A stretch of DNA of 64,000 bases from a virus, in the IMG/VR virus record IMGVR_UViG_3300035670_000040, positions 66,821 to 130,820 of that record; one strand, 5' to 3'. Positions 50,701 to 59,100 of the stretch are shown in pieces. Position numbers and translations under genes: made by a program. The notes under the pieces were generated by a model. That model worked only from the letters and a program-made list of their open reading frames with translations. It was not told where the DNA came from and made no database searches. The first letter of the stretch is position 1, and each line of letters starts with the position of its first letter.

Positions 50701-51199
50701 TAACACTACTATACTCAACTCCATTATCAGGGCTTTGAGTAGATCTGACGCTAATACCAAACCTTGTTGCTATTGCAGCAACTCCTTGTACTAATTCAGC
50801 AGTTACTCCATTAGCAGATATTGGATCCGAAGAAGTTCCCCAATCAAACCATGCTCCATCGCGGTTATTAATCGAAATAGTTCCGTTAGCAGTAAGAGAT
50901 GTGGAAATAGTTCTGCTTGCTTTTAATTTTCCACCAGACAAGCATATTGCGTTTGATAATACTTGAACATCAGTCGATATTGAGGTAGGAGCAATTGGAG
51001 AAACAGTACCATCACCAAAGACACCATTAACGTCATACTCTACAACTGTATCCGCGCCACGAATAATAATTTTATCGCCTCCACCAGATTGCGGTGGAGC
51101 ACCTGCATCAGCAGTAGGAGTAAAGGTACCAGCAGCTGCTGTTAGCCAAGTTGTTGCTGAACTCCAAAGACCAGATTGTTTAGAAATATACGTTGCCAT
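47789..51199 (-). CDS. Large beta-helix fibre/spike protein (G8-like N-terminus), putative glycan binding or depolymerase
   Basis: SKQSGLWSSATTW...GDKIII, NWEVGDIVVL, VGNFSSNVTI, parallel beta-helix-like repeats, CBM-like WQKFDLTVTP. Confidence 0.65.
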   Translation of the reverse strand: MATYISKQSGLWSSATTWLTAAAGTFTPTADAGAPPQSGGGDKIIIRGADTVVEYDVNGVFGDGTVSPIAPTSISTDVQVLSNAICLSGGKLKASRTISTSLTANGTISINNRDGAWFDWGTSSDPISANGVTAELVQGVAAIATRFGISVRSTQSPDNGVEYSSVTFCGKHKTRNTQLDGPHSTGTNTLSVLDCTNWEVGDIVVLEPPYVPAPATPNILATITNINGNVVTISNTLNANFPSGVYVGNFSSNVTIRPGIDSISGGSSNGYGVFINTNGNSSLYEFKNCSFTNFHGVYGGGGIIYVAATYARRSVLIDSVSFYSPRNVFGTILSLGGGVSFPTTINNIASYGIQGVARGVGLGSGSSANVSNSCIYRTAYGFDSRGCFDLNINNLRTFTTNSLFGDALQAARINILDSYFRINGNASNFRLGPGIFDKVTVRNTYLESVNGPLVAISESSTGLMDFINCTTVLSPSLITVGTLKTSKQFVLNAYSLQENPLSNSRNNSWVALSGNYSVRNRGLASYQFNSRIANQSFYISEKIPAKANISQRYIGYLKYDSIYGDQNLPYVTFTDDFGNPAVTQEFNCDPLPDQWQKFDLTVTPVNDGDITMTVFGQTSSITANIYLDGLTFDPINPGSRHYGFIFDPFTYKTVDTLTTLTENQVSAISVVNNLDYLYDVSNYWSVTNPSLSTYVDLHTRDGNILDLGSKNIVIDNSVSEALSYVEASSTLTIKTPLLSSGSNFIGLRTTGNIYLSSGSTIGEIDIYGNVFQATPVSLSGIYMEGTLAYNTNSNTTIEYTDCTMDTVQNDGSGIVTVKKTNSTIANGSDAEIVDFIPTILNVTLNGGYLAIYDDTGTRQYYQNTDGTIVLPSNATGTWTYKISRYGYQFIQGSFVVDGNTGATIEIAPSYTPDNFVTSDPATVAAYTDLNTSEKIYNYLNYWTTTTSGIDYVPFYGKAFGSITINKNVTLDATSGSILTYNGSTLLTLKCSGLSEDILFVSNGNIIAQNGTTYSDDVKIRATNINSELILGGVTSLTLFPTENDRNNNTNEGDTLTGTIYRFLYGDVVSGVTLSGTIYAKVDVAGTILLYSDAITTGRNELEFGTTGTLQQIINNQKVINQGIQKASILVPHTTNI

Positions 51200-51200
51200 G

Positions 51201-52307
51201 TTATAAAATTATTGCTTTTGTTGCTATTAGATTACTTAGGGTTGGACTAGAGAAATTACCATAAAAAGAATCCTCGCTTCCGTTTGTTTCTATGTATCTA
51301 TAATATGTTATGTCGGCTCCAGTAGTTGCGTATACATAAGTGTATACTTCTCCTCCAGCTATAGTTTCTAGTAAGGTTGGTGTTGTCTTATAACCTCTTA
51401 CTAATGTCATCCAATCGATTAAAGTACCTTGAAAGTGTTTTGCAGATACTGTATCTGTAACAGTTAAATTATTATTTACAAAAATATTAGTAGCTGTCAA
51501 ATTTACAGAATTTGCACTAATATAAGCATAAGCACTTTGCCAATTACCAGAAAGTTCTTTTATATCTGTACCTTGATAGTTCCAATTAGCAGAGTTTGAA
51601 CTAACTGTTGTAAAAGTAGAATCCCATATACCTGTTAAAGATCTAACCTCTAAGTCTAAACCAGAACTATAAGCAGAATCCCAATTTGCGCTATTATTTT
51701 GTACTGTTGTATATGTTGATTCCCAATTACCTGTTAAACTTCTAACTTCTGTATCAGCACCAGAACTTCCACCAGCAGTTATTTCAACTCCATTTGCGTA
51801 TATTTTTCCACTGGAACTTAAATTATTTACATAGGTAAAGTCAGATGAATGAGAACTTAATCCAGTACCTAAAACAAATACATTTGAATGGTTTACTAAA
51901 TTTCCAGATCCAGCAGCAATAAAAGAATAATCTCCATTAGAATTTATTTTGTTTTCTAAACCAGAACCAATTATCGAGAAATCTCCTGCAATATCATTAT
52001 CTTCACCATTTATTACAGTAGATCCCCCACCAATAATATCATTATTATATCCTCCTAAAATAGTAGCAAAAATTTGTGAAATGGTATTGTTACCGTATTG
52101 TGGTAAAACACCACTTAAACTTTCATTCAACAAAAAAGGTCTACTTCTATCATTAGAAAAAGATTCAATTGTATTATCAATTGTCTTTATGAATAATTTA
52201 CCATCAGCTGTATTAAGAGCTAATTCACCAGCACTTAAAGAACTAACAGAAGGTGTTATTCCCGATGAAGGATTTCTTTTATGTAAAATAATGGAACTAG
52301 GAAGCAT
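51201..52307 (-). CDS. Fibre protein with Mtd/hyaluronidase-like N-terminal domain
   Basis: ILHKR...PSVSSLSAGELALNTADGKLFI; ILGGYNN beta-roll repeats; Trp-periodic coiled-coil repeats. Confidence 0.7.
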   Translation of the reverse strand: MLPSSIILHKRNPSSGITPSVSSLSAGELALNTADGKLFIKTIDNTIESFSNDRSRPFLLNESLSGVLPQYGNNTISQIFATILGGYNNDIIGGGSTVINGEDNDIAGDFSIIGSGLENKINSNGDYSFIAAGSGNLVNHSNVFVLGTGLSSHSSDFTYVNNLSSSGKIYANGVEITAGGSSGADTEVRSLTGNWESTYTTVQNNSANWDSAYSSGLDLEVRSLTGIWDSTFTTVSSNSANWNYQGTDIKELSGNWQSAYAYISANSVNLTATNIFVNNNLTVTDTVSAKHFQGTLIDWMTLVRGYKTTPTLLETIAGGEVYTYVYATTGADITYYRYIETNGSEDSFYGNFSSPTLSNLIATKAIIL

Positions 52308-52330
52308 CTGTTTTTATTTATCTTTAAAAT

Positions 52331-52522
52331 TTAAATATGTTTACGAGATTTTATGTTTTTCTTTTTTAAACGTTTAATCATAGATTTTTCTTTTAATTGA
52401 ATTTGATCACAATCTGAAACATTTTCTTCCTCTTCTTCTTGTTTGTTTATTTCAGAAGATTTAAAATTAGTTTTTTTTATAACTACATCAAAAATGTTTT
52501 TAATACTTTTCCACATATTCAT
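52331..52522 (-). CDS. Small charged hypothetical protein
   Basis: ~61-63 aa, with its own TAAATA upstream. Confidence 0.5.
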   Translation of the reverse strand: MNMWKSIKNIFDVVIKKTNFKSSEINKQEEEEENVSDCDQIQLKEKSMIKRLKKKNIKSRKHI

Positions 52523-52547
52523 ATATTTAGCTTATTAAATTTTAGTT

Positions 52548-52589
52548 AAAAAAAACTCTAGAATGGAATTAGACCATTCTAGAGTTTTT
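52548..52589 (-). terminator. Intrinsic terminator (likely bidirectional)
   Basis: AAAAACTCTAGAATGG-7 nt-CCATTCTAGAGTTTTT with A/T tracts. Confidence 0.88.
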
Positions 52590-52618
52590 GTTTTAAGTTT
52601 TAATATTTAAAACTTTTT

Positions 52619-53752
52619 TTAGAACGATCCTCCATCAACAATGAAGTTTATAAGCTGAGATACTCCAGCAGTACCAGTAATTGTACCAGAACCATTGGTT
52701 GTTATCGTACCATTATCAAAAGAAGATGTACCAGTAACAATTAAATTATTGTTAATAGTAGTAATTCCATCTACAGTTAGAGTTGAATCAAATTCAACTG
52801 CACCAGCAGCAGAAACGCTAGAAGCAAATGTTGCAGCATTAGTTACATATAAAGTTGATCCTAATGTAGCAGCACCATCAGCATCAAATGTTCCAGTGAA
52901 ATCACCATTTACAGCATATATAGTTTGTGAAGCAGATATATTACCAGAAACAGTTAATTTTTCATTTGGATTTGCAACATTGATACCAACATTACCACCA
53001 TCTTTGATAATTAATGCTGTAGTAGAATCATCAAGAAAACTAGCAATATCATTAGCACCAGTTTGAGTAACTGATAAAGCTGGTCCAGAACCAGTATTTG
53101 TAACGCTAAATGCACTAGCAACAGTAACGGTTGTTTCAATGGTAGTGCTGCTACCATAAACAGTCAAATCACCTTGGACAGTTAAATCTCCACTAGCATC
53201 GATGTTAGCAAAACTTGCATTCTTAGAAGAATCAATTACAGTATCACTATTGATATTGTAAGAATTAGCAGAAACACCTTCGGTAACTGATAAACCTTTT
53301 TCTAAATTGACTTGTGATTTAAAAGTAGAAACATCAAAGAAAGTTTTAGAACCAGAAACATCTTGATTGCTTGTACGATCTACGAAGTCTTGAGATACTG
53401 TAGAACTTAAATCATCTACATATTGTTTGGTCGCAGCATCTGCGCTAAGAACAGGAACTGAAAGATTTCCTATTACATTACCACCAGCATCAATCACTGA
53501 ACCAGTTGAGAATGTGGTAGAAGATAGAGTGGTTAAACTAGAAAAAGTTTTATCACCTGCTATTGTTTGTGACAATGTTCTGCTTACAAAAGCACCATCT
53601 CCACCAATTTCTAATGTACCAGATGATGCTCCGTAATATAGAGTATTGTTTTTCTCACTGAAAGCCAACTCACCACCACTCAATGTTGGTATGTTGTTGT
53701 ATGGACTATCAGGTAAACGACGTTTAATTAATATTGTATTTATTGTTGACAT
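52619..53752 (-). CDS. Fibre protein (Mtd-like N-terminus, DGGSF C-terminus)
   Basis: TILIKRR...LSGGELAF, QTIAGDKTF, DAATKQYVD, GNVGINVANPNEKLTVSGNISAS. ATG 53752 preferred over TTG 53758. Confidence 0.75.
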   Translation of the reverse strand: MSTINTILIKRRLPDSPYNNIPTLSGGELAFSEKNNTLYYGASSGTLEIGGDGAFVSRTLSQTIAGDKTFSSLTTLSSTTFSTGSVIDAGGNVIGNLSVPVLSADAATKQYVDDLSSTVSQDFVDRTSNQDVSGSKTFFDVSTFKSQVNLEKGLSVTEGVSANSYNINSDTVIDSSKNASFANIDASGDLTVQGDLTVYGSSTTIETTVTVASAFSVTNTGSGPALSVTQTGANDIASFLDDSTTALIIKDGGNVGINVANPNEKLTVSGNISASQTIYAVNGDFTGTFDADGAATLGSTLYVTNAATFASSVSAAGAVEFDSTLTVDGITTINNNLIVTGTSSFDNGTITTNGSGTITGTAGVSQLINFIVDGGSF

Positions 53753-53806
53753 AGGCAATAATACTTATTCAATCAAATGGACAATTTAAAAAAAAATGAA
53801 TAGTTT

Positions 53807-54148
53807 TTAAAAAAAACCTGCATCAACAACACCATCTTGAATATACTCTGTTACTTCTTGCCAACCACCAGAAAAATTTTGTTGTATAGTATCCATTTCT
53901 TCTGCCGTTTCCATCCATTTTCCTGTCAAGGTTTGCATCAAGTTAACTTCTTCAACTTCTTCTGGATTAAGATAAAGAGCAGAATTTGCTATTACATTGT
54001 TTACTACAGTATCTATTTTAGTTTGATATAGCCCTATAGCAATATTTAAAAGATCATTGATTTCATCAAACTGGGGAGCTTTATCATTAACAACAACTGT
54101 TACATTGCATTCATCTTCTTCATTTATTATTACAGTTTTATAACTCAT
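53807..54148 (-). CDS. Small acidic coiled-coil protein ending DAGFF
   Basis: LTGKW...SGGW repeats like those in 51201-52307. Confidence 0.6.
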   Translation of the reverse strand: MSYKTVIINEEDECNVTVVVNDKAPQFDEINDLLNIAIGLYQTKIDTVVNNVIANSALYLNPEEVEEVNLMQTLTGKWMETAEEMDTIQQNFSGGWQEVTEYIQDGVVDAGFF

Positions 54149-54172
54149 TTTTTAATTAATTATTAGTTGTAT

Positions 54173-56089
54173 TTATGCTGGTGGAGTTGTTTCTGATTGA
54201 GCAGAGGTTTCTGATTCCGTTCCTTCTGGTGTTGTTCCTTCAGGAGAATTAGCTGAACCAGCCACAGGTGTTTCAGAACCTCCACCAAATTCAGGAATTT
54301 CTGATCCAATAGATCCTCCACCACCTTCTCCACCCATTGGTGCTGCTTCACCAGCAGCACCAGCTTCTTGGGCAGCATTTTGGGTAGCTTCAATTTGTTC
54401 TCTCCAATTTGGACCAGCCGCTTGAATCTGTTGAAGTTCCCAAGTTAAAGCGGCATCTTTTCTTTTCCATTCCATGTTTTCACTTATTGAAGAATCTGAC
54501 ATTTCTAGATAGTGTCTTTGTGCAAATGTATTAGATATACCTTCATTTTGAGACATATCGCTAAAGTTTTTAAGTTTTAATTCTAAAAGTTGTTGTTGTC
54601 TAATAGCAAAGAAATTAGAAGGAGGAACCATTTCAAGATTAAAATACGATTCTTGAAGTTTATATTCTTTCCATAAACCAGTTAATTTTAAATGAGTTAT
54701 GAAAGAAGTTTTAATTCCGGATGAAAATTGATTTTGTAATCTGACTATGAATTTAGCAAATCTTAATTCTTCTTTTAAAATTTCAGCACCATCCTTAAAT
54801 GATTCTTGTGGATTTAAACGACTTGTTGGAACTTTTAAACTTTTATATAATTTTAATACAAAATAATTTAGATCATCTAATTGACCTAAGTTTTGTCCAC
54901 CTTGAAGAACTTGCACATCTGATCCTTGTTCTCCTGCCCTTTTTGCAAACCAGAAAGAATCAAGCATTGATTGTGGATCATATATATTTCCAGCAGATCC
55001 TCCACCTGATGCACTATTTGCAGATTGACTATCATATGTCTTTTTAGACCAATATTTTTGCATCAATTGTTTTACATATGCTTCTGCTTTAGCTGGAGGC
55101 ATGTTTCCCACATCTATAACAAATTTTAATCTTTCTGGTGCGCGAACCATTCTATAAATGATAATAGCATCCTCAAGAAGAGACAATAATTTATATGCTC
55201 TTCTACAATTTTCAATAAAAGGAAGCTTAATAGTAACATTATCATTCCATATACCCGAATCAATATAAGTTACTTGATTACCCTCTAATGTAATCATTTG
55301 ATGTTGAAGAGCATTCGCACTTCCTGTATTAGTAGGAAGATTGTTTGCATTCGGAGTAAAATTAGGATTTCTTGGATCTGCCTGATTTACAAAATTAATA
55401 GGTTTTTGAAATAAAAAATTTTGAATAATATTATTTTGAACATTGTCGTAAATGGGGTTTATAAGCTCACCAGGTATAGAAAGAACACCTATAACCCCTT
55501 TATCCTTTCTTTCTTCATGTACAATGTTTTCAAAGAAAAGTTCGCCCTCCGTCAAAAGTTTTCTACAATAACCCCATCCCTTTGAATCAAGATCAAAACA
55601 TTGTACAAATTTATAAAATTCTTTTTGTATTTCTGATTTTGTTTCTTCTTCTATTTTTGTTATGTTAGTAAAAATTATTTTTATAACTTTTCCATTATCA
55701 TCTTTTGTTATGAATTCGTCACAAATTTCATCCAAACAATCAGATACTTCTGCAAATGCTGCCATTCTTCGGTATTCGGATAGCCTTCTTTGTTTATCAA
55801 CATCTAAATTCGCATATATGTATTGATGATATCCTTTGTCAGAACCAAAAACATTTGCAGGGTTCATTTGATTAAATCCATCCTGATTTAAGTATGGACC
55901 AACCAAAACGGATTGTTTCATAACGTTCATTTGGTATCTTTTAGATAACCTATCAAACAATTCATATTTTGGATTGTTTGTTTCTGTTTCCATAACATCA
56001 TTTATAAAAGGAAGTTTTGAAACTAGTGAACTCATGAAAGATCTACCATTATCTTTTTGTATATTTGCTTGTGGTGTTATTTCTGACAT
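54173..56089 (-). CDS. gp20: Portal protein, gp20-like
   Basis: YRRMA..EV, LLEDAIIIYRMVRAPER..F.IDVGNMP, GGQNLG, LYKSLKVP.SR, EELRFAKF; G/E-rich tail. Confidence 0.97.
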   Translation of the reverse strand: MSEITPQANIQKDNGRSFMSSLVSKLPFINDVMETETNNPKYELFDRLSKRYQMNVMKQSVLVGPYLNQDGFNQMNPANVFGSDKGYHQYIYANLDVDKQRRLSEYRRMAAFAEVSDCLDEICDEFITKDDNGKVIKIIFTNITKIEEETKSEIQKEFYKFVQCFDLDSKGWGYCRKLLTEGELFFENIVHEERKDKGVIGVLSIPGELINPIYDNVQNNIIQNFLFQKPINFVNQADPRNPNFTPNANNLPTNTGSANALQHQMITLEGNQVTYIDSGIWNDNVTIKLPFIENCRRAYKLLSLLEDAIIIYRMVRAPERLKFVIDVGNMPPAKAEAYVKQLMQKYWSKKTYDSQSANSASGGGSAGNIYDPQSMLDSFWFAKRAGEQGSDVQVLQGGQNLGQLDDLNYFVLKLYKSLKVPTSRLNPQESFKDGAEILKEELRFAKFIVRLQNQFSSGIKTSFITHLKLTGLWKEYKLQESYFNLEMVPPSNFFAIRQQQLLELKLKNFSDMSQNEGISNTFAQRHYLEMSDSSISENMEWKRKDAALTWELQQIQAAGPNWREQIEATQNAAQEAGAAGEAAPMGGEGGGGSIGSEIPEFGGGSETPVAGSANSPEGTTPEGTESETSAQSETTPPA

Positions 56090-56106
56090 TTTGTTATTTT
56101 TATTTA

Positions 56107-59100
56107 TTAATCTTCTTGTAAGAATTCAAGATAATCTTGTTCTTTATCGTTGTATGTTATATTTTCATAATTTTCCGGATTTTGTTGATCTTTCGGATAA
56201 TCATCTGTTGATAACCTAGATTTATCATATTCTACATCATTATAATTTATTTTCAAATAATTTTCATCTAATTCTATAAATCTTGAATCAATTTTTGATT
56301 TAAATAAAGAATAATTGTTTCCGTATAAATCCATACCCCAGTTTGTTACAATACCTAAATCAACCAAATATTTATTTCTTCTATCTAAATAAATATCTTT
56401 TGATACTTCTCCTCTGAAGTTTAAACCACCACCAGTCCATCTTCTATTTTCATTATAAAACTGAAATTGATCAGTTGGTCTACTAACTCCATACTGATTT
56501 ATTCCTAATATTTCATATTCACTTTGATATGGTGTAAATTTTTGCGTATTTTTTGTATTTGTTATTATACCAGAAACTTCACCTGACCCATAAGGAAGCA
56601 TCATCCACCTATTATCTATAGAAGTTATTTTTGTTGGAGATAAATTATCAACATTTGAAAGTCCTCTTGTAATGGGTCCATACTTTTCAGGATCTAAAAA
56701 TATAGGCTCTATTCCTTTTTTTTCAAGTTCGTATACCTTTGCTTCATCTATTTGGATATTATATCCTATACCAGCAAAAAAAGGAACACCTAGTTTTGTT
56801 GGTAATAAATAATGACCAGTTTGTTTTTTGGAAACAAAATTATTTGTATAAGGAAGAATTGCTATTGTAGGGAAGTTTACATTATCCAAGTGTGCATATG
56901 GATTTTTTGCTTCTAATACTTTACCAGAAAGCAACTGTGCATATGTTGGATTACATTTATATAACAAGAAAAGATCCTGAGTAAACGATAATGCATTTCT
57001 GGCAAAATAGTTATATTTAGCTGGTTTAAATTCATATGTTTCTTCTAATACAAAATCAGATTTTTGAAAGGTTCCTTTCGCTATGTATTCTAAAGAATCG
57101 TTTTTAAATAATTTAGATAAATTTGAATATTGTTTAGAAAATTCTAATTTATTCCATTGATAATTTGTTTTAGATTCTTTCATTGGAATAATATGAGAAA
57201 ATTTAACTCTTTCTGGGCTTCTTCTTACATATTCAATATGATCACTGTGTTCAAAAATCATTTCAGAAACTTCTGGTTGTTTTATTGGTAGATAATCCAA
57301 CCACCTAACATGACCACCCATGTATATAAGTTCTTTATTAAAGTTATTATCTTTGTCTTCATCTACATATGCTTTACCCCAGAATGGTTTAGCTCCTCTA
57401 TACACAATTATATTATCTTTAACATATTTGTTTGTTAAGTAATCCCATCCTCTTAATGGTATTTTTATTATAAAATTTTTAGATGGAGTTGAAAAGGAAA
57501 TGTATTCATTTAAAGGCGAAGAGTAGTTTACTGCATCCCTGTGAACATATGCAATATTATCATTAGGTCTTAAAATGATGTCAGTTTCTTCTTCTGTAGA
57601 TATCCAATCACCATTTCCGTTTCTAATCATTTTCATCCATCTTGATCTGATATCTCCACACTGAGATATTTTATAAACAATATCTTTTATAATTCTTTCA
57701 ACATTATCAATATCATTCGTGTTTAAATATTTCTGTAAATTAAAATATAATCCTTTTGTTGATATATTTTCCATTACATTGTTTAAAACAGACATAGGCC
57801 CAAGATCAATCGATTGAATCTGAATGGTGGAATCCTTTGTAGTTACCCATCCTGAACCATTCCATTTATATAAAGTATCAATATCATCAATATAATATGC
57901 ATCATTTTTAGATGCATCTGTTATATTGCTTAAATCGGAAAATGTATTAAGACTGGCTATTAAATTTAAATTTCCTGTAATTTGATCTATATAAGACGGT
58001 AACAATAAATTACCATCTTTATCTTTTGCTAATTCTGATGTTTCGTTTCCATCACTTATAATAATAATTCGTTTTATTGCATCTTGTCTAGGTTGATTGT
58101 AAACAGGAACTCTTTGTGCATTTACAATTGTTGCATTAACATCAGAACAAAGTTTTTTTAAATCTAAAACACTTTTTTTATTATTTTCCGTTATTTGTGT
58201 TGTTAAAAGATAATATGCTAATTTTACAGCTTCATATATATTTGTTCTATAAGTAAATTCGTTATTTTCATTATAATCTTCTAATATATTTAAAAAGGAA
58301 AACAAGTCAGGGAATGTTGACATATAAGATGCTCTTATTTGTCTAGAATCAAAAACAACTATTCCTATTTGAACATTATCAGAAACATTTGAAACAATAG
58401 ATTTTACTATTTCTTTAGATGTATCTAAATTGTATTTTTGTGATTGACTTATATCAACACATAAAACAATATCATATGGTACAGAGGATAAACATTTTGA
58501 TTTTTGATTCTTATAATCATAAGAAATTACAAATTTTGGTCCAGAATTGTCTACCTTTTTGAGATGTGATCTAAAATATGTATATCTTCTACCAGTTTTT
58601 AGAACCATTTTTGCGTTTGTTGATGTTTTCCAAGAACCTAACCCAAATCCAACTAAGTTTGAATTTGAAGAATTTAATTTAAAAAAAGAAAATTGAGGAC
58701 TTGATTTATAATCAAGGCATCTTGTATCTTGCCAAGTACTAAAATCAAAATCTTCAGCAAGACCTTGTGGATCAGCATAAAGAACATCACACATTCCATC
58801 ATAATCAGTAACATTGTTACCCTTATGTCCTATTGGAGAATATAAAACAGATTTACATGTACATAAATTCCAAAAATCTATATTATCTGTTATTGGTTTT
58901 GGATTTGAATAATCTTGATTTATATAGTAATCTCTTTTTTTATCATCATATTCACAATTGGTTTGATGACTAGAATATTGAAAAACTTCATCAGCTAAAG
59001 TGTCTTCTCCACACCATATAAACGATATCCTTTGACCTGATTCTATAACAGTATGTAAACCATTTTGATTAGGACCATCTGTATATTTTTCACAACAAGT

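Noticed and set aside
53770-53820. Slippery T-run at the DAGFF stop as a programmed frameshift into the next fibre gene
   Set aside because: Both shifted frames hit TGA before reaching the downstream gene.
54163-54393. 76-aa alternative-frame ORF at the portal 3' end
   Set aside because: By-product of the low-complexity G/E/A-rich portal tail; no start signals.
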